NCBI GenBank assembly: GCA_030429505.1
Contig: JAUIFI010000001.1
Span: forward strand, 300,001-332,000
Length of the DNA stretch: 32,000 nucleotides
From: Candidatus Saccharimonadota bacterium
Lineage (GTDB): Bacteria > Patescibacteriota > Gracilibacteria > UBA4473
Direction: 5' to 3'
In this document: positions 8,639 to 19,169 of the stretch, piece after piece
Position numbering within the stretch: the first letter of the stretch is position 1
Layout: the number at the start of each line of letters is the position of its first letter
Position numbers and translations under genes: made by a program
Notes under the pieces: model-generated
What the model saw: only the letters and a program-made list of their open reading frames with translations
The model's database searches: none
What the model was told of the DNA's origin: nothing

Positions 8639-9040
8639 ATGAAAAATTTTCCATACATTCAACTTTCAGAAAATCATAAATTTCTTTTCCAAGAAAGAGC
8701 AAACAACCAACCCGAACCTGTCGAAGCAAAAAAAGAGCAAAAAGGAACGCCAAAACTTAATGATGTTCAAAATACAGACGCTCTAGAGAGAAATGCTACT
8801 GCAGAACAAGATAGTACTAAACAGGAAAAAGGTGTTTTAGATAGTTTAGGAGATGAAATGGAGAAGGCAACAAGCGAGCACGGTAAAGCACTAAAAGGTG
8901 ACGTAGGAGGAGCTATTGGAGATAAAATGAATCGTGAATTAGGATATTTAAAAAAATTTGGGAATTGGGTATCTGATACGTGGGATTCTTGGTTCGGTGA
9001 CGGAGAAGAAAAAAAAGATGAATCAGTTGCCAAAAAGTAA
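8639..9040 (+). CDS. Small hypothetical protein, probably disordered, with Trp-rich C-terminus
   Basis: 133-aa ORF with its own consensus promoter. It is polar and charged, with no TM segment or signal peptide. GKALKGDVGGAIGDKMNRELG is faintly CsbD-like, and WVSDTWDSWFGDGEE lies near the C-terminus. Confidence 0.5.
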   Translation: MKNFPYIQLSENHKFLFQERANNQPEPVEAKKEQKGTPKLNDVQNTDALERNATAEQDSTKQEKGVLDSLGDEMEKATSEHGKALKGDVGGAIGDKMNRELGYLKKFGNWVSDTWDSWFGDGEEKKDESVAKK

Positions 9041-9041
9041 A

Positions 9042-9383
9042 CTATAAGTCCGACTTGAAATCCGGACTCAAAAGATGTAAGTGGATATGCGGTACTACTT
9101 GACCGCCTGATTCATCGACATTCATATGCAGTTTGTAGCCATCCAGACCTATTTTTTGAGCTACTTCTTTTGCAACTAGAAAAAGCTCTCCAAAGAGCTC
9201 TGTATTTTCTTTTGTGACCTCTTTTGCTGTTATAAGATTCTCTTTCGGTACAATTAAAATATGTGTCTTGGCTTTGGGATTAATATCCTGAAAAGCAATA
9301 ATCTTATCATTTTCATATATAATATCTGCCGGAAGTTCTCGGTCTATAATTTTTGCAAAGATATCTGTATCAAGAAAGACCAT
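9042..9383 (-). CDS. HIT (histidine triad) family nucleotide hydrolase/transferase
   Basis: 113 aa. The histidine triad HIHLHLL sits near the C-terminus, and the N-terminus (FAKIIDRELPADIIYENDKIIAFQDINPKAKTHILIVPK) is typical of HinT-like proteins. Confidence 0.9.
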   Translation of the reverse strand: MVFLDTDIFAKIIDRELPADIIYENDKIIAFQDINPKAKTHILIVPKENLITAKEVTKENTELFGELFLVAKEVAQKIGLDGYKLHMNVDESGGQVVPHIHLHLLSPDFKSDL

Positions 9384-9423
9384 ATAGTAAAAGGGATAGA
9401 GAGGTAAGTCATGTATACTTGTT

Positions 9424-9451
9424 TTGACTGTTTTGGAAAGTTTTTTATAAT
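9424..9451 (+). promoter_or_regulatory. Sigma70-type promoter for the ybaB-mltG unit
   Basis: TTGACT (9424-9429), 16 nt, TATAAT (9446-9451), 23 nt upstream of the ATG at 9475. Confidence 0.6.
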
Positions 9452-9474
9452 CTCGATACCTTAATAAATTACCA

Positions 9475-9774
9475 ATGGGACTCTTCGGACAAATGGGGGA
9501 TATGTATAAGCTTCAGCGGGAAGCAAAAAAAATGAAAGCAGAACTTGCCAAAACGCACATTTCTGCAGAGGTTAATAGTGTGAAAGTCGTCGTCAACGGC
9601 GAACAAGAAATTCTATCTGTAGAATTCTTGGATGAATCTATTCTCTCTGATCAAAAAAAACTCAGTAAATCCATCATCGAAGCTATCAATAAAGCCATCA
9701 AAAAGGCACAAGCAGTTGCCGCCGAGAAAATGAAACCACTCATGGGAGGTTTGGGACTTGGAGGAGGACAATAA
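9475..9774 (+). CDS. ybaB: YbaB/EbfC family nucleoid-associated DNA-binding protein
   Basis: 99 aa. The N-terminus (MGDMYKLQREAKKMKAELAK), the central beta region (VKVVVNGEQEILSVEF) and the Gly-rich tail are typical of the YbaB family. Confidence 0.8.
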   Translation: MGLFGQMGDMYKLQREAKKMKAELAKTHISAEVNSVKVVVNGEQEILSVEFLDESILSDQKKLSKSIIEAINKAIKKAQAVAAEKMKPLMGGLGLGGGQ

Positions 9775-9777
9775 ATC

Positions 9778-10746
9778 ATGAAAAAACTCATACTCCTCGT
9801 TATTTTATTTGTAGGACTCTATTTTGGTGGTCGAATACTTCTTCACTGGGATCGTCCCAATTCTGATTCAGATGTAAGAGTCTCTTTTGAAATTCCCAGA
9901 GGGTCTAATCTGGATAAAATCTCAGAGATGCTGGATGAAAATGGTCTCATTCAAGACGCCTTTGTCTTTCGTCTCTATAGTCGGTGGAATAAATTGTCGG
10001 AAAGTTTTCAAGCTGGAGAATACGTACTCCAAAAAAACCTCACCTTCGCAGAAATCGCAGAAGTCCTCCAACACGGAAAAACCTCGGAAATTAGGATCAC
10101 AATCCCCGAAGGATTCACTATCGCACAAATCGATGACTTACTTGCCAGAAAAAGCCTGATTAATGCAGGAGAGTTTTTGGATTGTACAAATTTCTGCGAT
10201 CTGGGATTTCGAGTATCTTCTTTGGAGGGCTATCTTTTCCCTTCCACGTATTATGTCACTCCAAAAAACTTTTCTGCCAAATCCTTTATTACCAGGCTCT
10301 ATAATACCTTCCAAAACCAAATCACTCCGCTAAAGAGAGATATCGCCCAAACCGGATATACCCTCGATCAAATCGTCATAATGGCCTCTATGATCGAGAG
10401 AGAAGCTATCACGCCCGAAGAAATGCCACAGATTGCTGATGTGCTTTGGAAACGATTAGATGAAGGAATTCCCTTGGGAGTCGATGCTACAACCCGATTT
10501 GCTCTGAATGAATGGAACCGTCCCCTTTATACCGAAGACTTTGAGACCGATTCTCCGTATAATACCAGACGTAAAAGAGGACTCCCTCCTACCGCTATTT
10601 CCAATCCTGGTATCGAAGCTATCAAAGCAGCCATTTACCCAGAAGCAAACCCTTATTATTATTACCTTCACGATAAAACCGGTCAGATTCATTTCTCAGA
10701 AAACCACGACCAGCATGTGCAGAAAAAAAATAAATATTTAAGGTAA
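9778..10746 (+). CDS. mltG: Endolytic murein transglycosylase MltG (YceG-like)
   Basis: N-terminal TM anchor, a LysM-like region (IPRGSNLDKISEMLDENGLI), the catalytic-Glu motif ASMIEREA, and the YNTRRKRGLPPTAISNPG motif characteristic of the YceG family. Confidence 0.88.
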   Translation: MKKLILLVILFVGLYFGGRILLHWDRPNSDSDVRVSFEIPRGSNLDKISEMLDENGLIQDAFVFRLYSRWNKLSESFQAGEYVLQKNLTFAEIAEVLQHGKTSEIRITIPEGFTIAQIDDLLARKSLINAGEFLDCTNFCDLGFRVSSLEGYLFPSTYYVTPKNFSAKSFITRLYNTFQNQITPLKRDIAQTGYTLDQIVIMASMIEREAITPEEMPQIADVLWKRLDEGIPLGVDATTRFALNEWNRPLYTEDFETDSPYNTRRKRGLPPTAISNPGIEAIKAAIYPEANPYYYYLHDKTGQIHFSENHDQHVQKKNKYLR

Positions 10747-10813
10747 GAAGAATACCTGTATATCTTGTATAGAATAATATCCGCATTAGAATGAATGCAA
10801 ACGAGGAAATACA

Positions 10814-11743
10814 TTGAGCATGAAAAAAACACTTCTCATTGGCAACTTTGGTGCAGGCAATATCGGAGATGAACTTATCCTCTCATCAGCTCTAGAGAAT
10901 TATCCAAACTCAATTGTCATGACCAATGATGGAGAAAGCTCTAGCCAGTTCGTTGAAAAAAAAATCGAAACAGTGCCTTTTTTCCCCACTGGAATCAGAA
11001 GCGCAATTCGATTCCTTTTCTCATCCAGCTACCGCAAAAAATTATTTAATCTTCGTAATCAAATAGATCAAGTTATTTTTCCAGGCGGGGGACTTTTTGC
11101 TATCAGGTTTCGAGCGTGTTTTTTGTGGTGGCTTGTTTTTCTGTGGACTCAGAAAACTTTAAAAGACGCTCGTATTAGCTTTGAACATCAAGGCATCGAT
11201 CAGAAGCTAGGGTGGGGGAGTCGGATTCTTACTCGATACGTCCTGAGTCGAGTAGGGAACATTTCTGTTCGGGACGAAGCTTCTCAAATAGCTGTAAAAC
11301 AATTAATCGGAAAAAATGTGCAAAACCAAGGAGATCGAGTGAGTCGATTTTTATCCTCACATTTTCCACAAAGAAATTTTCAAAAAGAGAATTTAATACT
11401 TATAAACAGCCTATCTGAATGGAGTTTTTCCCACATACAAAAAAAACTCATCGAAAAACAAATATTTCATTCAAATAATGAGATAGAGTATATATTTATA
11501 GCCTTCCAAAAATCAGATACACAACACGTCCCTGAAGACTTTCCAGGGAAAGTAGCTTTTCCACAAACACAAACACAACTATTTAATCTTTTCCAAAAAG
11601 CCTCATTTGTCATAGGAGAAAGATTTCATTCAATCCTCCTAGGAGAATTTTTTTGTGGAGCAGAACGAACATTCACCCTTAGAAAACCATATTCAGAGAA
11701 AGTATGGTCTTTCATGAAACACAAAAACATTGAGAGTCTTTGA
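10814..11743 (+). CDS. Polysaccharide pyruvyl transferase family protein (CsaB-like)
   Basis: N-terminal GNFGAGNIGDELIL matches the GxxGxxNxGDexiL motif, and C-terminal IGERFHSILLG...YSEKV matches the RxH...Y.xK region. The start is either TTG 10814 (GAGG 7 nt upstream) or ATG 10820. Confidence 0.7.
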   Translation: MSMKKTLLIGNFGAGNIGDELILSSALENYPNSIVMTNDGESSSQFVEKKIETVPFFPTGIRSAIRFLFSSSYRKKLFNLRNQIDQVIFPGGGLFAIRFRACFLWWLVFLWTQKTLKDARISFEHQGIDQKLGWGSRILTRYVLSRVGNISVRDEASQIAVKQLIGKNVQNQGDRVSRFLSSHFPQRNFQKENLILINSLSEWSFSHIQKKLIEKQIFHSNNEIEYIFIAFQKSDTQHVPEDFPGKVAFPQTQTQLFNLFQKASFVIGERFHSILLGEFFCGAERTFTLRKPYSEKVWSFMKHKNIESL

Positions 11744-11784
11744 TTTTTTCGTATACTTTTGTATATTTGCCAAGCTCTTAATAC

Positions 11785-11860
11785 GGCGGACGTAGCTCAG
11801 TGGTAGAGCAACGGGTTGTGGTTCCGTTGGTCGTGGGTTCAATTCCCATCGTCCGCCCCA
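11785..11860 (+). tRNA. tRNA-His (anticodon GUG) with encoded G-1 and CCA
   Basis: G-1 + GCGGACG TA GCTC AGTGGTA GAGC A ACGGG TTGTGGT TCCGT TGGTC GTGGG TTCAATT CCCAT CGTCCGC C CCA. The extra 5' G opposite discriminator C73 is the bacterial tRNA-His hallmark. Confidence 0.95.
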
Positions 11861-11926
11861 GAAATTGAATATGAAAGAGTGCTTGAGAAGTTTTATTCGT
11901 AGCTTTCCTCTGCTAGAATTCAGACA

Positions 11927-13081
11927 ATGCAAAAAAAGTGGAAAGTCGGTATTGATGCTCGTATGTTCTCAGACTCTTTTACGGGTATTGGTCGCTATAA
12001 TTTTGAACTTACTAGGAGGTTTTTTGAACGAAAAGACCTTCCGATCCAATGGGTCATTTTTATGAATGAGCCAGAGTTTTCGCAATTTGTCCCTTTCAAT
12101 GCTGATGTGAAAAGTGTGTGTGTAGATGCTCCTCACTATTCTTTTTCCGAACAAACAAAATTTTTACGTATTCTCAATCATGAACAATGTGACTTAGTAC
12201 ATTTCACTCACTTCAATGTTCCACTTTTGTACAAAAAAAAGTTTATTACCACCATCCATGACACCACAATCTCCTTTTATCCTGGAAAAAAAATGAATAC
12301 TTGGTGGCGCCGCAAAGCCTACGAAAAAGTAATGGAAAAAGCAGTCCAAGATTCAACCAAAATTATTTCCGTCTCTGAAAATACAAAAAAAGATCTCATA
12401 AAGCTTTTTCACGTTGATCACAATAAAATCACCAAAATATGGAACGGCATTGGAGATGAATTTTATGAAGGAGCAGATATAGCCAAACAAGCTGTGCGTG
12501 ATAAATTTAATATAAGCGATACCTTTATCCTCTATACAGGTGTTTGGAGAGAACATAAAAACGTAGTTGGTTTAATCAAAGCTTTTTACCAGATACTGCA
12601 AAAAGCCAATCAAACCAACGGACCATCCTCATTAAAAAATTTAAATTTGGTCATGACCGGAAATCCAGACCCGCACTATCCAGAAGTCCAGGAAACGATT
12701 CAGAAGCTAAACTTAACCGAAAAAGTTCGTTTAGTAGGACTCGTCGAATTTGAAGACTTAGTAAATCTCTATTCTGCAGCCAATGCATACGTTTTTCCTA
12801 GTTTTTACGAAGGCTTTGGCATGCCACCATTAGAGGCTATGAAATGTAATACCCCAGTAGTTGCCTCTCGTATTTCATCTATTCCAGAGGTATGCGGAGA
12901 GGCTGTGCAATACTTTGATCCTCATAATATCGACGATATGGCAGAAAAAATTATAAACGTGCTAATAGATGAAAACTTGCAGAAAAAACTGATCAAAAAA
13001 GGACAGCAACAAGTAGCTCAATTTTCTTGGGATAAAGCTGCCGAAGAAACATTGAAAATCTATCTCTCTAGCCTAGAATAA
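11927..13081 (+). CDS. Glycosyltransferase family 4 (GT-B fold)
   Basis: 384 aa. The EX7E region is VFPSFYEGFGMPPLEAMKCNTPVVAS, with an upstream TGVWREHKN motif. Confidence 0.85.
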   Translation: MQKKWKVGIDARMFSDSFTGIGRYNFELTRRFFERKDLPIQWVIFMNEPEFSQFVPFNADVKSVCVDAPHYSFSEQTKFLRILNHEQCDLVHFTHFNVPLLYKKKFITTIHDTTISFYPGKKMNTWWRRKAYEKVMEKAVQDSTKIISVSENTKKDLIKLFHVDHNKITKIWNGIGDEFYEGADIAKQAVRDKFNISDTFILYTGVWREHKNVVGLIKAFYQILQKANQTNGPSSLKNLNLVMTGNPDPHYPEVQETIQKLNLTEKVRLVGLVEFEDLVNLYSAANAYVFPSFYEGFGMPPLEAMKCNTPVVASRISSIPEVCGEAVQYFDPHNIDDMAEKIINVLIDENLQKKLIKKGQQQVAQFSWDKAAEETLKIYLSSLE

Positions 13082-13086
13082 AAAAC

Positions 13087-13902
13087 GTGAAAAAAGTCTT
13101 TTTCTTTCCCTCATTTCTTCTTTGGAGTTTGCTATCTCCAGGAGGTTCTATTCAAGCACAATTTCAAGAGCTTCCCAAAATCCCTATAAAACTTCCAGCT
13201 GATTTTCGAGAAGCATTTCCAGATACAATTACCAAAATGTGTTCATCGACCATCGATTATAATTTGGACCGTACAGTCAAAGACGTAAGCGATGAATATC
13301 ATAACACCCGAAACTGCTTAGCAAATTCCATTATTTCTCAATCCATCCATACGATTAATCAGGATATTCGAGCTATTGTCCATGAAAAAGCTGATGTGTT
13401 GCCAGAAGCAGGGGACTTATCACAAGAACAGTGTGATGAAGACCTTTTCCAAAATACCAGACAACAACAAGAAGCGAAAGGACTCCAGACACGTTGCGGA
13501 GAAACAAAACCTCATAGTTCAGTCTTAGCAGCCTTTTCTCCTTGTAGAGTTGCAGAGATGTGGCTGGCCGAATGGTGTGGATATGAAAAATATCTCTGGG
13601 GGAAGCAGAGAGATGATGTCTCATTTGGAAATGAGTTTGGTGCGGCAGCACTAAGCCCTGATGAGTGGCAGCAAATCTTTACACAAAAAAGAATCAGCTA
13701 CCAACACGAAAGTGAGAAATCAAAACAAGCCCTCCAGGACACTCTCTGGTTCTACCAAAAATTCGAACACAATTACAGATTATGGGCTTGGTCCACGGTC
13801 ATAAAAGAAAACTTGAAAGATATTCGAGACAAACTCGTCGAATTTCGTGATGTCATTGAAACCTATCCCACCAAGTTTATTAATGCTGCCAAGCCAGGAT
13901 AA
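13087..13902 (+). CDS. Secreted hypothetical protein (6 Cys), first member of the GT4-linked trio
   Basis: GTG start 5 nt after the GT4 stop. Signal-peptide-like N-terminus MKKVFFFPSFLLWSLLSPGGSIQA. Cys at residues 52, 77, 116, 137, 153 and 164. The C-terminal segment NLKDIRDKLVEFRDVIETYPTKFINAAKPG resembles the C-terminus of the next protein. Confidence 0.6.
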   Translation: MKKVFFFPSFLLWSLLSPGGSIQAQFQELPKIPIKLPADFREAFPDTITKMCSSTIDYNLDRTVKDVSDEYHNTRNCLANSIISQSIHTINQDIRAIVHEKADVLPEAGDLSQEQCDEDLFQNTRQQQEAKGLQTRCGETKPHSSVLAAFSPCRVAEMWLAEWCGYEKYLWGKQRDDVSFGNEFGAAALSPDEWQQIFTQKRISYQHESEKSKQALQDTLWFYQKFEHNYRLWAWSTVIKENLKDIRDKLVEFRDVIETYPTKFINAAKPG

Positions 13903-13905
13903 AGT

Positions 13906-15159
13906 ATGAAAAAAATATATTTTTTATTATTTACTTTGACTCTATTTGTACCAGTATCTTACGCTGGAGTAGAACTCTATCCTCAAAAAATAAACAATTT
14001 TTCTCCTTTGGATTTTTCAGGTCTAGCAGATGTCTATAAAAAAATATATGAAGATGCCAATGAAGAAGATGAAGACGAAGTTCTTCGTAGAGTAACAGAA
14101 TATCTGGGGCTTTTAGGAGAAGCTTTCACACAAGAAGAAATTGAGACATTTTGTAATATCAACGTTCCATTTATAGAGTTGTCAGATAAAGATTTAACTA
14201 TTCCAGATATTCGTCCTCAAGATGATTTTCCAGATAAACGAAAAATTCAAGCTTCCACAAGAGGACAAGATCCGTTTCTCGAAACGGCAACCAAACTTCA
14301 GGAACTTTGTCGATACGAACGACTACTTCTAAGACTAGAAAATAATCTCAGTCGTCGAAATACCTTTCGCCATCTTTTTTCTGACGACAGTTTATCAAAT
14401 TCTCCAATAGACACTATTACAATACTTCAAGAGATAGATAATCTCTTTTTTGGAGAAAAATTCGAAGATCAGAGACCAGATCCTCCAACTTTCCTTGAAT
14501 ACAAGCAAACCAACGCATTTATTTACACTCCGGAATTCTGGCAAGATCAAAGACCGGAAGCTGTAAACGAAGAAAAAGAAGGCGCTTTGGACAAAAAAGA
14601 TTACGGTGATTTTGCTTTCTCAATCGTAGGAAATATCGCTGGTATTGATGATATTTTATCCAACTGGCTCACTCAATACTCTTTAGTTGATGGCGTGACG
14701 ACCAAACAATTTCTGGAATTTCCCCAAAGCAGCGGTACCTCACAAAAAAGCTCGGGATCAGGAAGTTATCAAATAAAGTCCAATCAAGATACCACCGTCC
14801 CTGAAGTCGAATTAGTCGCTCAAGAAATCGTAGGACCAGAATATGAAGGTATTATCAATGATATTCTCAACGCTTCTTTATGCAACGAACTCACAGATTC
14901 TGATCGCAGAGAAGGGTTGGAGACAGGAGACAGAACTTTGGTATGCCAAAGAGAGAGAAAACAGCGTGTTCAGAATTTCATTGAAGATCAAAGAAATATT
15001 GAAAAAATCGTTGAAAATAAATCTTTTGGAGTAGATGGAACCAGCTATCTTGACTATACGTTTGCTCAATGGAATAACAATCTTGAATGGCTTCGTAGTC
15101 AAGCTCAGAAAATACGAGAAATTTATGATGACTTCATAACTCGCCCCCAAGCAGGATGA
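13906..15159 (+). CDS. Secreted hypothetical protein (4 Cys), second member of the trio
   Basis: ATG 3 nt after the previous stop. Signal peptide MKKIYFLLFTLTLFVPVSYA|G. Contains an acidic stretch (EDANEEDEDE) and a Ser/Gly linker (SSGTSQKSSGSGS). Cys at 83, 135, 326 and 347. C-terminus NLEWLRSQAQKIREIYDDFITRPQAG. Confidence 0.6.
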   Translation: MKKIYFLLFTLTLFVPVSYAGVELYPQKINNFSPLDFSGLADVYKKIYEDANEEDEDEVLRRVTEYLGLLGEAFTQEEIETFCNINVPFIELSDKDLTIPDIRPQDDFPDKRKIQASTRGQDPFLETATKLQELCRYERLLLRLENNLSRRNTFRHLFSDDSLSNSPIDTITILQEIDNLFFGEKFEDQRPDPPTFLEYKQTNAFIYTPEFWQDQRPEAVNEEKEGALDKKDYGDFAFSIVGNIAGIDDILSNWLTQYSLVDGVTTKQFLEFPQSSGTSQKSSGSGSYQIKSNQDTTVPEVELVAQEIVGPEYEGIINDILNASLCNELTDSDRREGLETGDRTLVCQRERKQRVQNFIEDQRNIEKIVENKSFGVDGTSYLDYTFAQWNNNLEWLRSQAQKIREIYDDFITRPQAG

Positions 15160-15620
15160 AAGAATTTTTATTTGGATTTATCACCTTACTAAACCCTTTT
15201 TCTTGGAAAGAGGCGGTAACACAAATCACTCCTCAACTCACAGCTTCTCAATACTCCATCCTAGATGTAGAACGAGATTTTTTCCAAAAATCATTAAAAA
15301 ATCTCTCTGATGATCCCAACAAATGGGCGTTACAAGACATTACCAAAAGAGATTTTCGCACTCTTCACGAGACTTGGGAAAAAGAATACGAATTTTGGAT
15401 TCTCAAAAATGCTTTTATCGATAATGAAGATATACCTGTCGAATCGGGACTTTTTATACTATCCGGAGATCACTCAGGCACATATCAAGATCACTTGGCT
15501 CAAAGTTTCCAATTAACCAAGAAAACATACGAAGAATTAGAAGAAACAGTAAACATGGCTTGTACTATCTGCAAAAACAAGCAACGCATTGCAATTCCAT
15601 GTCCAGTATCATGTTATTAA
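15156..15620 (+). CDS. Small hypothetical protein with C-terminal 4-Cys tail, third member of the trio
   Basis: The ATGA overlap with the upstream stop suggests translational coupling. Hydrophobic N-terminus MKEFLFGFITLLNPFSW. All four Cys fall in the last 19 aa (ACTICKNKQRIAIPCPVSCY). Confidence 0.55.
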   Translation: MKEFLFGFITLLNPFSWKEAVTQITPQLTASQYSILDVERDFFQKSLKNLSDDPNKWALQDITKRDFRTLHETWEKEYEFWILKNAFIDNEDIPVESGLFILSGDHSGTYQDHLAQSFQLTKKTYEELEETVNMACTICKNKQRIAIPCPVSCY

Positions 15621-15627
15621 AATTTAT

Positions 15628-17576
<1,949 letters not shown>

Positions 17577-17582
17577 GACCAT

Positions 17583-18146
17583 ATGAAAAACAAAACATTT
17601 AATTCGTCGCTCAAGATTCTCTTGATGACGAATGCTTTTATTTTATTAGCTGGGGCAATGCTCGGACCTATTTACGCTTTATTTGTGAAAGAAATAGGAG
17701 GTGATTTACTAGACGCTAGTATTGCTGGAGCAGTCTTTGCCTTTGCAGCAGGAATTACTGTTGTTGTATCAGGAAAGTTCGGTGATTCTGTAAAAGAAAA
17801 TAAGTTCATACTGCTGTTAGGGTATTTTCTAATGGGATTAGGTTTTTTGCTTTATATGTTTGTAGAGTCTCTAATAGTACTTCTACTTGTCCAAGTTATT
17901 ATTGGTTTGGGAGAAGCAGTCTATGCACCTATTTTTGATGCTCTATACTCAAAACATTTAGATAGAGGAAAATATGCGACTGAATGGGGCGTTTGGGAAT
18001 CTATGGACTACTTTACATCAGCTTTTGGAGCGATTGCTGGTGGTTTTTTTGTGACGTATTTCGGATTTAAAGCTATGTTTTTCCTAATGGCACTTCTTTG
18101 CTTTAGCTCTTGTATCTATATTTGGCTGGTTCGAAAACAATTGTAA
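17583..18146 (+). CDS. MFS-type transporter, N-terminal six-helix half only (half-size or 3'-truncated)
   Basis: 187 aa with about 6 TM helices. A motif-A-like loop (SGKFGDSVKENKF) lies between TM2 and TM3. The sequence ends in FGFKAMFFLMALLCFSSCIYIWL, which resembles TM6 of 12-TM MFS proteins. No second half follows. Confidence 0.6.
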   Translation: MKNKTFNSSLKILLMTNAFILLAGAMLGPIYALFVKEIGGDLLDASIAGAVFAFAAGITVVVSGKFGDSVKENKFILLLGYFLMGLGFLLYMFVESLIVLLLVQVIIGLGEAVYAPIFDALYSKHLDRGKYATEWGVWESMDYFTSAFGAIAGGFFVTYFGFKAMFFLMALLCFSSCIYIWLVRKQL

Positions 18147-18203
18147 GCTCTTTCTATCAGTTTACAGAAATATTTGAACGTGGATCATTTATGTAGTAAA
18201 AAA

Positions 18204-19064
18204 TCAATCAACATCAAATACTTGCTCCAATATCCAGTCAATCCCTTTATAAACATATCTGCGCTTATCGTTAAAATCTCTTTTTACAAAAGAAATCATC
18301 GTCACTCCCGCTACATCTCGAATTCGTAAATTTTCTTCAAAAATACCACGAAGTGCTGGATCAAACTGAAACTTAATGTTCTTTTCTTCGCAAAAAGAGA
18401 TGAGATTCAAAGTATGTTCAAACCCATCACACTGAATCAATGCTGTGATTTTCTCTCTCTCACAAACAGACTCTAACTTATTAAGCTTTCCCAAAAGTTG
18501 TGCTCCTTTTACTTTCTTCGCCAAGCCATAAGGATCAATTACGCCAATGATTTTATAAGGGGCAAACTTATTGGTCTTAATCGCTTGAATAATTTTTTCT
18601 GACACTCTATTTGCTCCTACGATTAGTGTGCGATACACATCTTTTTCTTTCTTCTTCTGAGAAGCCAAAATCTGACGAAAGATAGAATGGGTTAAAAGAA
18701 GCCATGCACTCGCAAATACAAATGCATACACTCCCAAGAGTCTCGAAAATAAAATTTCACGAGGGAAAAAATAAGTTACAATGAGTAATCCAATCGCGAC
18801 AGCTCCTCCTAAAAAAATAAGAAGAACATCAAACCAAGCTCGCTCTCCGTGACGTGGTGGTAATCTATAATATTTTACCAACATCAAAAAAATGCTCCAC
18901 GCTACAGTTGAAATCACGCTTAAGCTTGCGAAAACTGAAAAAGGAAAGTCAGAAGAAAACAAAAAACCCACTCGTACAAAATAAGCTAACAAGAAAGCTC
19001 CATAGATCCCAACTACATCAAGGGCAATATGACCTATTCGTAACCAAATCCAGTGTCGTGACAT
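18204..19064 (-). CDS. N-terminal portion (4 TM plus CoA-binding-like domain) of a WbaP/WcaJ-type polyprenyl glycosylphosphotransferase; catalytic Bac_transf domain absent
   Basis: TM helices are followed by TLIVGANRVSEKIIQAIKTNKFAPYKIIGVIDP...LLGKLNKLESVCEREKITALI, as in the large PGPT family. The ORF stops (TGA) at ...RRYVYKGIDWILEQVFDVD, where the catalytic domain normally begins, and TAA follows 5 codons later. The likely start is ATG 19064 (MSRHW...) rather than TTG 19079. Confidence 0.6.
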   Translation of the reverse strand: MSRHWIWLRIGHIALDVVGIYGAFLLAYFVRVGFLFSSDFPFSVFASLSVISTVAWSIFLMLVKYYRLPPRHGERAWFDVLLIFLGGAVAIGLLIVTYFFPREILFSRLLGVYAFVFASAWLLLTHSIFRQILASQKKKEKDVYRTLIVGANRVSEKIIQAIKTNKFAPYKIIGVIDPYGLAKKVKGAQLLGKLNKLESVCEREKITALIQCDGFEHTLNLISFCEEKNIKFQFDPALRGIFEENLRIRDVAGVTMISFVKRDFNDKRRYVYKGIDWILEQVFDVD

Positions 19065-19107
19065 CGCGACTATATTCAATTATAACATAGAAAATGTCAA
19101 TGCACAC

Positions 19108-19146
19108 AAAAAAGCTTCTTACTAATTTTAAGTAAAAAGCTTTTTT
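19108..19146 (-). terminator. Rho-independent terminator downstream of the pilin gene (hairpin flanked by A/T runs on both sides)
   Basis: AAAAAA-GCTTCTTAC-TAATTTTA-GTAAAAAGC-TTTTTT. The stem has one mismatch. On the minus strand the hairpin is followed by a T6 run. Confidence 0.6.
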
Positions 19147-19169
19147 AAAAAGTACACGAAACCCCTTGT

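Noticed and set aside
9046-9070. Hairpin AGTCCG-N10-CGGACT as terminator for the 8639 gene
   Set aside because: The 6-bp stem with a 10-nt loop lies inside the HIT coding sequence on the opposite strand and has no T-run, so it is too weak to call.
11693-11932. 79-aa minus-strand ORF in the track
   Set aside because: It lies directly antisense to tRNA-His (11785-11860) and bridges two intergenic regions, so it is a spurious ORF.
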